A DNA stretch of 59,318 nucleotides, the filler included. It is 4 parts of 4 records of this genome, joined end to end, with 100 filler letters (N's around TTAATTAATTAA, not from the genome) between each part and the next. Parts side by side here need not be neighbours in the genome. Positions count along the whole stretch, not along the records: positions 31,834 to 54,113 come from SRR31156797_7068; 3 more parts are not named here. One strand, 5' to 3'. This document shows positions 42,583 through 52,615 of the stretch, piece after piece. The number at the start of each line of letters is the position of its first letter. Positions within the stretch are counted from its first letter, which is position 1. Both the position numbers and the translations under genes were made by a program. The notes beneath the pieces are model-generated. The model saw nothing but the letters and a program-made list of their open reading frames with translations. It was not told the DNA's origin and searched no databases.

Positions 42583-43371
42583 TCAGCATATCTTCCGGAA
42601 TTCGGAAGCGGTCCGGCCCGTCTGCTTCTTGAAAACCCGGCTGAAGTGCAGGGGATCCCGGAAGCCCACGGATCGGGCGACGATGTCGATGCTGTAGGAG
42701 GTGGTCATGAGCAGCTCCATGGCCTTGTCTATGCGGTACCGTCTCAGGTAGTCTCTCGGGCTCTCCCCCGTCTTTTCCTTAAACAGATGGGAGAAGTAGC
42801 TGCGCTCCAGGCAGATGTGGTCCACCACATCCGCCACCGCAATGGGCCGGGTGTAGTTTCTCTCGATAAACAGGAGGGCCCTGCGCACATGATCGTCCTG
42901 ATCCGGGATCCTTCCGTCGGCGGAAAAGCGCTCGACCTCCCCGATGACCTTCATAAGGGTTCCCAGGATGCGCCACTCGCTGCCCGGCGTATCCCTCTTG
43001 GTCTCCATGATCTCATCCAGATAGTAAAAGGCCCGGCAGCTGTCGTCGAAGTTCAGAACGGGATTGTCCGGCCCCAGCCCCCAGGATCGGAAGGTCCGCA
43101 CCAGATCCTCCCCGTCGAAGCCGATCCAGGAGTAGGACCAGGGCGTGTTCTCATCGGCCCTGTACAGGGCGGGGGTATGGGGAAAGATGACGAAGCCCTG
43201 TCCGGCCCTCAGCTCGTAGCGCCGTCCTCCGCACATACACCATCCGCAGCCGGAACTGACAAAATGGATCAGAAAGTGATCCCTGGCCATAGGCCCGGAT
43301 TGATGACCGGGAGGGCAGTCCTGTTTCTTGCAGTAATAGACATTGTAGGGGCGGGATTTCATAGGCTTCAT
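42583..43371 (-). CDS. AraC-family regulator (MsmR-like ligand-binding domain)
   Basis: GPMARDHFLIHFV, PWSYSWIGF, VARSVGFRDPLHFSRVFKK. Confidence 0.92.
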   Translation of the reverse strand: MKPMKSRPYNVYYCKKQDCPPGHQSGPMARDHFLIHFVSSGCGWCMCGGRRYELRAGQGFVIFPHTPALYRADENTPWSYSWIGFDGEDLVRTFRSWGLGPDNPVLNFDDSCRAFYYLDEIMETKRDTPGSEWRILGTLMKVIGEVERFSADGRIPDQDDHVRRALLFIERNYTRPIAVADVVDHICLERSYFSHLFKEKTGESPRDYLRRYRIDKAMELLMTTSYSIDIVARSVGFRDPLHFSRVFKKQTGRTASEFRKIC

Positions 43372-43477
43372 ACTATCATGAATAGGAGGATCGGCAAGGA
43401 TGAATCACACAAATATCCATATAAAAGAACATATTGACAGCTCGCCCATACCTCCTTGCAGGGGGTATACTGAAGCA

Positions 43478-45610
43478 ATGAAAGGCTCTATAAAAAGCAT
43501 CCCCCGATTCTGGATAGTCTCTTACGCCCTTACCTTTCTCCTTCCCATGGTTCTCCTCTGCTTCTCCTTCCTGAGCAGTGATAAATACTGGGAGAAGGAT
43601 GTGCGGAATTTCTATCTCAGAGCCGCGGCCTATCATGCGGAAAAATCGGATGATCTGTTCAGGAAGATTGAGATGCTGGAGCTGGAACTGGGATGGGACA
43701 AACGATCGACGATGCTGAGTCACAGCTCCCGCCTGGGCCCCGAAGAGTATTATGAGGCTCTCAGCCTCAAAGGTTTTATCAACAACAGCCTCGTGAGCCG
43801 TCCCTTCCTCAAAGAACTGCTCCTCTATTTTCCGGACCAGGAAAAGATCCTGACCAAAAACGGCCTGTACGATAAGGAGGAGTTCATACGCCTCTTTCCA
43901 TCGGCTGCCCAATCGCGTGCCCGTGAGTTTTTAAGCCGCTCCCTATCCGGTAGCACATCCCGCGGACTCTACCGGCTGCCGGAACAGGATGCGCTCTCCT
44001 CCCTTGTTATGATAAGGCGCTTTCCTCTCAACTCCGCCTCCGGCCCGAAGATTGCGGTGATCAGCATACTGGACCGGGTTTACTGGGAAGAATCGTTCAG
44101 AACTCTTTTCCCCGGTAGGAACAACGGCGGTGATTTCCACCGGACCGGAGAAGAGGACGGCCTTATCCATTTCGCGGGAACGTCTCCGCGCAGAAAGACG
44201 CAGGAAGTGAGAATCCCTTCGTCGGTTCTGAAGGGAGAGTACCGCTATGCATTCCCCCCTCCGGGGGAGTACGGAAACTATCGCCTGGCCCGGATAGTCG
44301 GACTTGCCGCCATGCTGATATGCCTGGTGGGCGGTTCGGTCTTCACAGTATATTCGGTTCGGATGAACCTCAGGCAGATCAAACCGATCTACAAGCTCCT
44401 CTCCTCTGAAACAAGCTCCCCCCAGGTTCTGAAGAACAGGGTGGAAGGGATTCTGGACAGGAACAGGATGATGGCGGGACGTCTGGAAAAGGTACGGCTT
44501 CTCCAGATGATATGCGGTAGCGACGTCGAGAGCCGGGACGGCAGCCTTGCGCGGCTCCTTCCCCATGAGAGCCATCTGATCTGCCATTGGAAGGGAGAAG
44601 AGACCCCTTCAATCCCCTCTCCGGAAAAGGGAATCATACTGGAATGGCCCCGATTCCGCGGAGACGAATCCCTTCTCTTATGGAACGGTCCGTCCGATGA
44701 GGAAACGGGAGTGAAAACCCTTCTTGAAAATACCTTCCGCCAGGAAGGCATCCCCGCCGGGTGTAGTCATTCGGTGGGAGAACTCAAAGACCTTAAAGAC
44801 GCCCTGGAACAGGCGGGGGAGGCTTCGGAGTACAGCCGTCTGAACGGAACGGCGGGGCTGATGGTCTACGCCAGCGAATCAGGAACCCAGAGACTGCCCG
44901 AGGGAAAGGGTACCCTGAAACTCGTCAATATACGCAGGCATATAAAGTCCTGCGAATGGAGCGCCGCGCGGAGAGAGATCAGCAGCTATATGACAGAGCT
45001 CAAAGACCCCGGGATCTCGGCGGCGATGATACGCATCCAGGCCTACGCCCTGTTGTCCGCCCTGGCCGATGGATTGGGACGGCTGAGGTCGACAGACGCG
45101 GCGGGTCTTGCGGAGCGGATAGACGGCCTGACCCGGGACTTCGAAGCCTCAGGACGCCTCAGCGCCATGGAAGAATCGGTCATCGCTCTACTCGAAGAGC
45201 TGGAGACTCAGACCACCGAAGAAGACGGAGCCAGCGGCCCCTGGACCTCCCAGGTATCGGATTACCTGGAAGAGCATTATGGAGACAGCGGTCTCTCCGT
45301 ACAGGGCATGGCCGAAGAGCTGAGCACGACAGCCTCCTATCTCTCCTCCGTATTCAGGAGGGAGAACGATACGGGACTGCTCGGCTTTATCCACAGATTC
45401 CGGCTCAGGAAGAGCCTCCCCCTGATCAACGACAAGAGCAATTCCATCAGAGAGAGCGCCGAAGCGGTCGGGTTTATGGGCTCCAACGCCTATATCCGTT
45501 CTTTCAAGAAATATCTGGGGATCACCCCCGGAGGCTTCAGGGCGCTTTCTGATGATGAAAAATGGGCGATCATCGAAAAAATGGAAGATTCCCGTACCCG
45601 AAGGGGCTGA
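43478..45610 (+). CDS. Membrane-anchored AraC regulator (YesS/YtdP-like)
   Basis: Two TM segments flanking an extracytoplasmic region; C-terminal HTH (YLSSVFRRE, YIRSFKKYLGITPGGFR). Start at ATG 43478 preferred. Confidence 0.8.
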   Translation: MKGSIKSIPRFWIVSYALTFLLPMVLLCFSFLSSDKYWEKDVRNFYLRAAAYHAEKSDDLFRKIEMLELELGWDKRSTMLSHSSRLGPEEYYEALSLKGFINNSLVSRPFLKELLLYFPDQEKILTKNGLYDKEEFIRLFPSAAQSRAREFLSRSLSGSTSRGLYRLPEQDALSSLVMIRRFPLNSASGPKIAVISILDRVYWEESFRTLFPGRNNGGDFHRTGEEDGLIHFAGTSPRRKTQEVRIPSSVLKGEYRYAFPPPGEYGNYRLARIVGLAAMLICLVGGSVFTVYSVRMNLRQIKPIYKLLSSETSSPQVLKNRVEGILDRNRMMAGRLEKVRLLQMICGSDVESRDGSLARLLPHESHLICHWKGEETPSIPSPEKGIILEWPRFRGDESLLLWNGPSDEETGVKTLLENTFRQEGIPAGCSHSVGELKDLKDALEQAGEASEYSRLNGTAGLMVYASESGTQRLPEGKGTLKLVNIRRHIKSCEWSAARREISSYMTELKDPGISAAMIRIQAYALLSALADGLGRLRSTDAAGLAERIDGLTRDFEASGRLSAMEESVIALLEELETQTTEEDGASGPWTSQVSDYLEEHYGDSGLSVQGMAEELSTTASYLSSVFRRENDTGLLGFIHRFRLRKSLPLINDKSNSIRESAEAVGFMGSNAYIRSFKKYLGITPGGFRALSDDEKWAIIEKMEDSRTRRG

Positions 45611-45728
45611 ATACCCCGTTCCCATCCCCTGATTCGCGGCGCCCTGTTCCGCTGCGAAAAAACAGCGATATACGATCCTCTGCCCATGCCTCCATACTGG
45701 GGAAAAACTTAAAGGAGTAATCTTAGAA

Positions 45729-46973
45729 ATGAAAAAGATCGTAACCCTTTCCCTTCTCGTTCTGCTCAGCGCAGGATTCATTTTCGCCGGGGGCTCGCAG
45801 GATGGTTCTTCAGGCGATAAGGCCCGGATAACCTACGGCTACTGGAGCGCTGACCAGGAACCCGCCATAGAGGCGATCAGAGAGGCCTATAATGCCGAGA
45901 ATCCCGGAGTGGAAATAGACTTTGAGATCACCCCCTGGAGCGAATACTGGACCAAACTGGAAGCCTCTGCCATGGGCGGAACCATGCCCGACCTGTTCTG
46001 GATGCACGCCAACCGTTTCGCCAGCTACGTCACCAATGACGTACTGATGAACCTGAGCGACCTGGACGTGGACTACAGAGACTACAAAGAAGAGATCCTG
46101 AGCCTCTATACCTACAAGAACGACTACTATGCAGTTCCCAAGGACTTCGACGTGGTCGGTCTGTTCTATAACAAGGAGATCTTCGACGACGCCGGCATGG
46201 CTTACCCCTCTGCCGACTGGACCTGGGACGATCTTCTGGCCGCCGCAAAGGAACTGAACGATCCGGAAAACGGAATCTTCGGCTTCGCCGCCCCCGACAC
46301 CAACCACCAGGGTTATTTCAGCGTCATCTACCAGAACGGCGGCTCCGTTCTGGACAGGGAAGCCGGAGTTTCCCATATGGACAGCCCCGAGACCATAGAG
46401 GCCGTACAGTTCTGGAAAGACTTCATTGGAAAGCATAAGGTCTCCCCCACCCAGGAGCAGATGGCCGATACGGATGCCAAGACCCTCTTCACATCGGGCA
46501 AGGTCGCCATGCTCTTCCTCGGTTCCTGGAAGATCACGGGCCTGGCCGAGAACGAGGCCATCAGGGACAAGTTCGACGTGGCGCCCCTTCCCCGGGGAGT
46601 CAGACAGGCGACCATCATGAACGGACTGGGCTACTCCGCCTCCGCAGCGACGAAGAGTCCCGAAGCGGTGCGCTCTTTCATCAGCTTCCTCGGTTCGGAA
46701 GAGGCAGCCCGCCTACAGGGTACGCACGGAGCCGCCATTCCCGCCTTCAAAGGGCAGGAGCGCTCCTGGCTGAGCACCTTCCCCCAGTATGACGTGGAAA
46801 GCTTTATCGAGATGGCATCCTACGGGGTTCCCCTGCCCACCTCTCTCTCCAAGTCGAAATGGGAGCCCGTCATGGAATCCCATATGAGAAAGGCCCAGGC
46901 GGGAGAGGAATCGGTGGCAGAGGCCTGTCGAAGCATCGCCGAAGAGATGAACGCATACCTCGGCAGAGAATAG
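45729..46973 (+). CDS. Sugar ABC transporter substrate-binding protein
   Basis: Spirochaete-style signal ...FAGGSQD, PWSEYWTKL, LFYNKEIFD, WTWDDL. Confidence 0.92.
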   Translation: MKKIVTLSLLVLLSAGFIFAGGSQDGSSGDKARITYGYWSADQEPAIEAIREAYNAENPGVEIDFEITPWSEYWTKLEASAMGGTMPDLFWMHANRFASYVTNDVLMNLSDLDVDYRDYKEEILSLYTYKNDYYAVPKDFDVVGLFYNKEIFDDAGMAYPSADWTWDDLLAAAKELNDPENGIFGFAAPDTNHQGYFSVIYQNGGSVLDREAGVSHMDSPETIEAVQFWKDFIGKHKVSPTQEQMADTDAKTLFTSGKVAMLFLGSWKITGLAENEAIRDKFDVAPLPRGVRQATIMNGLGYSASAATKSPEAVRSFISFLGSEEAARLQGTHGAAIPAFKGQERSWLSTFPQYDVESFIEMASYGVPLPTSLSKSKWEPVMESHMRKAQAGEESVAEACRSIAEEMNAYLGRE

Positions 46974-47007
46974 CTCCTCTTTTAACCGTACCCATTTAAC
47001 CAAAACA

Positions 47008-47036
47008 ACTGCCGGAGCTGTCAGCTCCGGCAGTCT
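47008..47036 (+). terminator. Intercistronic hairpin after the SBP gene
   Basis: ACTGCCGGAGCTG-t-CAGCTCCGGCAGT. Confidence 0.55.
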
Positions 47037-47051
47037 CGATCAGGAGACTCT

Positions 47052-47927
47052 ATGAAAAAACAGGACTGGTTCTGGGGATATGCCCTGGCCCTCCCTACCG
47101 TGGCGGGCCTGGCGATTCTGAATATCTATCCCATCTGCAGAACCGTTTTTATGAGCTTCACCCGCTCCTCCGGCTTCGGACGATACAGCTGGGCGGGGGT
47201 GGAAAACTATATTCGCATGCTGTCCGATCCCCTGGTATGGCAATCCCTGGGCAACACCCTTGTCTTTACGATCCTCTTCGTACCGATGGGCCTGATCCTG
47301 GGCCTTGCCTCCGCAGGCGTCCTTTCTGCTGTAAAGAGAGGTCAGAAGGGCTTCAGGACCGTTTACTTCCTGCCCCTGGTTGTGGCTCCCGCCGCGGTGG
47401 CCATACTCTGGCGATGGCTGTTCAACGCGGACTACGGTCTGATCAACTATCTTATCTCCCTGGCAGGCATCGAGGGCCCCCGCTGGCTCACCCGTCCGGG
47501 CTTCTCCCTCTTCTCCCTCTCGGTAGTGGCCGTATGGAGCGAACTGGGCTATAACATTGTGATCCTCCTTGCAGGTCTTCAGGACGTGCCCGAATCTTAT
47601 TACGAAGCGGCGAAGATCGATGGAGCCTCGGGGCTGAGACAGTTTATCTCCATATCCCTGCCCCTTCTGACCCCATCGCTCTTCTTTCTGATGATCACCA
47701 ATGTCATGAAGGCGGTAAAGCAGTTCGATCTGGTCTATATGATGATCGATAAGATGAACCCCGCCCTGGAAGAGACCCAGACCCTGCTCTACCTCTTCTA
47801 CAGCCATGCCTTTGAAAGAAACGAGAAGGGCTACGCCTCGGCGGTCGTGCTTCTGGCCGTCCTTCTGATCATGCTCATAACCTTCTTCCAGTTCCAGATG
47901 CAAAAAAGGTGGGTTCATTATGAATAG
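47052..47927 (+). CDS. Carbohydrate ABC permease
   Basis: GVENY, LAGLQDVPESYYEAAKIDGA EAA motif, GYASA. Confidence 0.93.
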   Translation: MKKQDWFWGYALALPTVAGLAILNIYPICRTVFMSFTRSSGFGRYSWAGVENYIRMLSDPLVWQSLGNTLVFTILFVPMGLILGLASAGVLSAVKRGQKGFRTVYFLPLVVAPAAVAILWRWLFNADYGLINYLISLAGIEGPRWLTRPGFSLFSLSVVAVWSELGYNIVILLAGLQDVPESYYEAAKIDGASGLRQFISISLPLLTPSLFFLMITNVMKAVKQFDLVYMMIDKMNPALEETQTLLYLFYSHAFERNEKGYASAVVLLAVLLIMLITFFQFQMQKRWVHYE

Positions 47928-48747
47928 AATCAAAGATATGGGCCGGACGGCCGCCTACGCACTCCTCCTGCTGGGAGCGGTTCTGATGATATTTCCCTTT
48001 ATCTGGATGCTGCTGAGTTCTCTCAAATCCTACGGAGAGGCCATACGCATCCCCCTGACCTTCCTGCCGGAGCAGTGGAGAGGGGACAACTACAGCAAGG
48101 CCTTGAAGCTTCTTCCCTTTGCCAGGCTCTACTGGAATACGGCTCTGATGATTGCGGGACGCTGCCTCTGCGCCTTTTTCTTCTGTTCCATGGCCGGCTA
48201 CTCCTTCGCCAGACTCCGCTACCCCGGACGGACCGTCCTGTTCAGCCTGGTACTGATACAGATGATGGTGCCTTCCCAGGTCTTCGTCATCCCCCAGTAC
48301 ATCATGGTGCTGAAGATCGGATGGCTGAATTCCATCCCCGGCCTTGTTTTTCCGGGTCTGGTAAGCGCATTCGGAACGTTCCTTCTCAGACAGTTTTACA
48401 TGACCGCTCCCGCGGCCCTGGAGGAGGCGGCTCTTATTGACGGCGCCAACAAGGGGCAGATATACTGGAAGATCATGCTACCCCTTGCCAAAAACTCCCT
48501 GATGGCCCTCGGCATCTTTACGGCTCTCTTCGCCTGGAAGGATCTTATGTGGCCGCTGATCATCAACACATCCATCGACAAGCTGACCCTCTCCTCGGGA
48601 CTGGCCAATCTTCAGGGGCAATACGACACGAACATCCCCGTCGTACTGGCAGGCAGTATGATCGCCACACTGCCGATGATCCTGATCTTTCTCGTATTCC
48701 AGAACCACTTCGTCAAAGGCATCGCTTTTACGGGGAGCAAAGAGTAA
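47920..48747 (+). CDS. Carbohydrate ABC permease
   Basis: AGYSFARL, LEEAALIDGA, WKDLMWPL, FQNHFVKG. Confidence 0.93.
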   Translation: MNRIKDMGRTAAYALLLLGAVLMIFPFIWMLLSSLKSYGEAIRIPLTFLPEQWRGDNYSKALKLLPFARLYWNTALMIAGRCLCAFFFCSMAGYSFARLRYPGRTVLFSLVLIQMMVPSQVFVIPQYIMVLKIGWLNSIPGLVFPGLVSAFGTFLLRQFYMTAPAALEEAALIDGANKGQIYWKIMLPLAKNSLMALGIFTALFAWKDLMWPLIINTSIDKLTLSSGLANLQGQYDTNIPVVLAGSMIATLPMILIFLVFQNHFVKGIAFTGSKE

Positions 48748-48750
48748 GGG

Positions 48751-50307
48751 ATGACAGGCATTCAAAGGGGAGCGCTGCGGCTCTGCGTTCTTTGCGCAAG
48801 CCTCTTCCTGACGGGCTGCTCCGAAACAGAAGAGACACCGGCCGCCAGGCTCAGCTATTGGGTGGAAATCCACCCGGAGGCGGCCAAGCTCATGGAAAGC
48901 TACAATGAGAATGAGGCCTACAGGGAGATACAGAGAAGAACGGGAATCGAGGTGGAATTCATCCACCCTCCCCTGAAACAGAAGAGGGAGCAGTTCGAGC
49001 TGCTTCTGGCCTCCGGGGATCTGCCGGACATTATAGGAAGCGTCGACCATCTGGGAGGCTACCCGGGAGGTCCCGACAAGGCCGTACAGGACGGCCGCTG
49101 GCTGAGGCTCAACGAACTGATTGAGGCCCATGCCCCCCACTACAACGCCCTGTTGAAGACGAATCCGGAGTTCCGCAGAGGGGCGGTCTCGCCCGAAGGG
49201 AACATCAGCTCCTTCGATATGGCCATGACCGAGCCCGCCCTCCCCTGGCAGGGAATGATCATCAGAAAGGACTGGCTGGACATCCTCGGCCACCCCGTCC
49301 CGGAAACCATCGACGACTGGGAACGGGCTCTGACGGGCTTCAAGGAGGTCCTCCATGCGGAGGCCCCTCTGAATATCAGGCTGGACGGCGCCTTCTTCCG
49401 CTCCCAGGTCTTTGCGGGGGCCTGGAACACCGGATTCTGCTGGATCAACAAGGAAGGCAGGGCTCTCTGGGGACCGTCCACTCAGGAATATCGGAGCTTT
49501 CTCCTCACCCTCCGCCGCTGGTACGAGAGGGGCCTGCTGGATCCGGAGTTCGCCATCCGCCATGACGACAGCATAGAACGGGGCATGATCACCGGAAGGA
49601 TGGGAGCCTGCAACAGCTACTACGCCTGGTACGATGTCTTTCTAAAGGCTAATAGCGACGATCCCCGTTACGATCTGGCGGGAGCGCCCTACCCTGTCCT
49701 GAACAGGGGTGACCGCGTGCGCCTGAGCCACTACCTTCCTGCGAATCAGCAGAACCGGACGGTGATCACAAGCTCCTGCGGCGATCCCGTATCGGCTGTA
49801 AAGTTTCTGGATTACGGTTACGGCGCCGAGGGTTCCCTTCTCCTGACCTACGGCCCCGAAGGAGTCAGCTTCGAAAGAAAGGAGGGCGATCCCTATTTTA
49901 CAGACCTTCTGCTCAACAATCCCGACGGCCTTCCCTACAACACCATCCAGTACCGCTATGCCATGAACCACGGCCCCTTCCTAATCGACGGAGGTAAAGA
50001 CAGGGCCAAAAAGATGCCCTCCCAGATTACAGAGGCCCAGCGCCTCTGGGCCGAAGCCGGTCACGACTGGATGTGGCCCCGGATGATCTATTCCATGGAG
50101 GAGGCGCAGACCATCAGCAGCCTTTCGCCGGGATTGGAATCCTACAGCCTCGATATGACACTCAGATTTATCATGGGCCTGGAAGATCTGAACAACTGGG
50201 ATACTTATGTTGACGAATTGATCTCCAGAGGACTGATTGAACTGACAGAGGCCAAACAGAGCGCCCTTGATCGTCACATGTCCGCTCCGCCCCCCTTGTC
50301 TCCCTGA
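48751..50307 (+). CDS. Second extracellular solute-binding lipoprotein (LplA/aldouronate type)
   Basis: Lipobox LTGC, RRTGIEVEF, LLASGDLPDI, IRKDWLD, PETIDDW. Confidence 0.88.
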   Translation: MTGIQRGALRLCVLCASLFLTGCSETEETPAARLSYWVEIHPEAAKLMESYNENEAYREIQRRTGIEVEFIHPPLKQKREQFELLLASGDLPDIIGSVDHLGGYPGGPDKAVQDGRWLRLNELIEAHAPHYNALLKTNPEFRRGAVSPEGNISSFDMAMTEPALPWQGMIIRKDWLDILGHPVPETIDDWERALTGFKEVLHAEAPLNIRLDGAFFRSQVFAGAWNTGFCWINKEGRALWGPSTQEYRSFLLTLRRWYERGLLDPEFAIRHDDSIERGMITGRMGACNSYYAWYDVFLKANSDDPRYDLAGAPYPVLNRGDRVRLSHYLPANQQNRTVITSSCGDPVSAVKFLDYGYGAEGSLLLTYGPEGVSFERKEGDPYFTDLLLNNPDGLPYNTIQYRYAMNHGPFLIDGGKDRAKKMPSQITEAQRLWAEAGHDWMWPRMIYSMEEAQTISSLSPGLESYSLDMTLRFIMGLEDLNNWDTYVDELISRGLIELTEAKQSALDRHMSAPPPLSP

Positions 50308-50335
50308 AGCGTCCATTATTATACTCTCATTGTAT

Positions 50336-51055
50336 ATGGCAAAGAGCAGAAGGGGCCTCCTCTCCAAAAGGTTGAGCCGGGCCGTTATGGAATACGACCT
50401 TATCTCTCCGGGCGACCGGATACTCCTGGCCCTTTCGGGGGGCAAAGACTCCCTGGCCCTGGCCTGGTTTCTGGGACGTATGGCCGGTTCCTACCCCGTC
50501 CCCTTTACGGCGCAAGCCCTCCATGTCCGGTCGGAGGTCCATCCGACCACCCTCGCTCCGGCCCTGGAAACGATGATGGCCCATTGGGGAGTCCCCCTGA
50601 TCGTCCTGGACCAGCCCATCCGGGACAGCCTGAAGCCGGGAGAGGATCCGAACTGCTTTATCTGCGCCCGCAAAAGGAGAGAGGCCCTTCTCTGCTACGC
50701 GAAGGAGGAGGGCTATCAGGCGGTGGCCCTGGGTCACCATATGGACGACATCCTCTGCACCCTGCTGATGAATATGGTATGGAAAGGGGAGACGGCGGCT
50801 ATGCCTCCCCTGCTGGACTACGGGGAGGGATTAAAGATCATCCGCCCCTTGAGCCTTATTCAGGAGCATCTGATCGAAGAGTTTATACAAGAGATGGGGT
50901 GGAGGATTCCCGCCAAGCGCTGCCCGTATCAGGGGGAGGACTCAAGACGGATAGAGGCCGCCCGGCAGCTGAGAGAGCTGACCGCGGGCAAGGACAGCCT
51001 GAAGTACAATATGTACAGGGCTTTGAGTCATATAAACAGGGACCTGCTTCCCTGA
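50336..51055 (+). CDS. ttcA: tRNA 2-thiocytidine biosynthesis TtcA-family protein
   Basis: PP-loop SGGKDS, CFIC, LGHHMDD, IIRPL. Confidence 0.8.
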   Translation: MAKSRRGLLSKRLSRAVMEYDLISPGDRILLALSGGKDSLALAWFLGRMAGSYPVPFTAQALHVRSEVHPTTLAPALETMMAHWGVPLIVLDQPIRDSLKPGEDPNCFICARKRREALLCYAKEEGYQAVALGHHMDDILCTLLMNMVWKGETAAMPPLLDYGEGLKIIRPLSLIQEHLIEEFIQEMGWRIPAKRCPYQGEDSRRIEAARQLRELTAGKDSLKYNMYRALSHINRDLLP

Positions 51056-51059
51056 CGGA

Positions 51060-51413
51060 TCAGCCGGCTTTGGTAGAGCAGGTTCCGGTCGTGCAGCTTT
51101 CGCGGGTCGACACCTTGATAATCTTCCTGTCGGCGTTGAGCTGTTCGTCATCCTCTGCGAAGGAGGCGGCGTCTCGGAGGAATTTCATGGCCTTCTCATC
51201 GGCAATGAAATACTCCACCCATTTCCCGTCTTTCCTCTGATCCACAAGCCCCGCGTTCTTCAGAATTTTGAGATGGTTCGACAGGGTGCCCCCGGCGATT
51301 TCCAGAACCGAAAGGAGTTCGCAGACGCAGAGGGGCTTTTCCAGAAGCATCATGCAGATACGAAAACGATTGGTCTCTCCCAGAGCTTTGAATCGGCTTA
51401 CTAGATCTTTCAT
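51060..51413 (-). CDS. ArsR/SmtB regulator with As(III)-type CVC site
   Basis: FKALGETNR, PLCVCEL, LSNHLKILKNAGLV, RKDGKWVEY; divergent from the permease. Confidence 0.92.
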   Translation of the reverse strand: MKDLVSRFKALGETNRFRICMMLLEKPLCVCELLSVLEIAGGTLSNHLKILKNAGLVDQRKDGKWVEYFIADEKAMKFLRDAASFAEDDEQLNADRKIIKVSTRESCTTGTCSTKAG

Positions 51414-51436
51414 GCCTAAAAAATACCAGAAAGGGC

Positions 51437-51482
51437 TTGCCAAAGCAATACTTAAGCTATACATTTAGCTAATCATCGAAAC
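51437..51482 (+). promoter_or_regulatory. Promoter (TTGCCA-N17-TACATT) and probable ArsR operator
   Basis: AGCTA-tacatt-TAGCT palindrome over the -10 in the arsR/permease divergent gap. Confidence 0.5.
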
Positions 51483-51496
51483 ATAAAGGAGCAGCC

Positions 51497-52465
51497 ATGA
51501 AGGCATTCACACTGCTGGCAGACTATCTGACCTACACGCTTCTGGGCATGGACCCCGCAGGCAGGTGGTCCGGTTCGGTACATTTTTTTATCGAAGACAT
51601 CAGCAAGATTTTCGTCCTGCTTTTTATAATGATCTATCTTATCGCCCTGCTCAGAGCCGGGGTGGATACGGAAAGGATCAGGCACTACCTCCAGGGCAAA
51701 CACCGGGGCTTCGCCTATCTTCTGGCCTCCCTCTTCGGAGCGGTCACCCCGTTCTGCTCCTGTTCCAGCATTCCCCTCTTTCTGGGATTCACCTCCGCCA
51801 GGATCCCCCTGGGCATCACCATGGCCTTCCTGATCACCTCCCCCATGATCAACGAGGTGGCCATCGTCCTTCTGGGCTCCATCCTGGGACTCAGGTTTAC
51901 GGTTCTGTATGTTATCACGGGAATGGCCGCGGGGATCCTGGGAGGTTTCTTTATCGACGCCATCAAGGCGGAGAAATATCTGACCACGCTGGGGCAGCAG
52001 GCCAGGGACATGAAGGCCGGCGATGAGGGGTACGAGAAGAGGAAACTGAGCTTCAAAGACCGTCATGATTTCGCAAAGTATGAGCTGAAGGATATCGTAG
52101 GCAGGATCTGGAAGTGGATCCTCCTCGGCGTCGGCCTGGGGGCCTTCCTCCACGGATTCGTTCCCGAGGAGTTTATCACCAATCATCTGGGCAGCCACAA
52201 CTGGTGGACCGTTCCCTCCGCCGTCGTACTGGGCATCCCCCTCTATGCCAATGCCAGCGGCATCATCCCCATAGCCGAGACCCTTCTGGCCAAGGGGCTT
52301 CCCGTGGGAACCACCATGGCCTTTATGATGAGCGTCGTGGCCGCCAGCTTCCCCGAGTTTATGATGCTCAAGCAGGTGATGAAGCCCCGGCTGCTGGTGA
52401 TATTCTTCCTGATGCTGCTGTTCTTCTTTACGGCAGCCGGATGGATATTCAATCTGGTATTCTGA
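51497..52465 (+). CDS. ArsP-family permease (organoarsenical efflux-like)
   Basis: HFFIEDISKI, TPFCSCSSIPLF, TSPMINE, GIPLYANA, SFPE. Confidence 0.9.
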   Translation: MKAFTLLADYLTYTLLGMDPAGRWSGSVHFFIEDISKIFVLLFIMIYLIALLRAGVDTERIRHYLQGKHRGFAYLLASLFGAVTPFCSCSSIPLFLGFTSARIPLGITMAFLITSPMINEVAIVLLGSILGLRFTVLYVITGMAAGILGGFFIDAIKAEKYLTTLGQQARDMKAGDEGYEKRKLSFKDRHDFAKYELKDIVGRIWKWILLGVGLGAFLHGFVPEEFITNHLGSHNWWTVPSAVVLGIPLYANASGIIPIAETLLAKGLPVGTTMAFMMSVVAASFPEFMMLKQVMKPRLLVIFFLMLLFFFTAAGWIFNLVF

Positions 52466-52540
52466 GATAGGAAACCGCGTCCGATTCCTCCCCGATGCGA
52501 AGGACCGACAGGGGAAGATGGATTATAATAAGTTGAGAAG

Positions 52541-52615
52541 GCCCTTCGGCCCGTTAAGGATAGATCGCGGAAGCGCTAGCTGGAGCTTCCGGAAAACATA
52601 AGGAGAAGAAAAACA
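52541..52615 (+). promoter_or_regulatory. Conserved 5'-leader element, copy 2
   Basis: GCCCTTCGGCCC-gttaaggatagATC-g-CGGAAGC GCTAGCTGGA GCTTCCG-..-AAGGAG-ATG; TATAAT at 52524-52529 just upstream. Confidence 0.75.
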
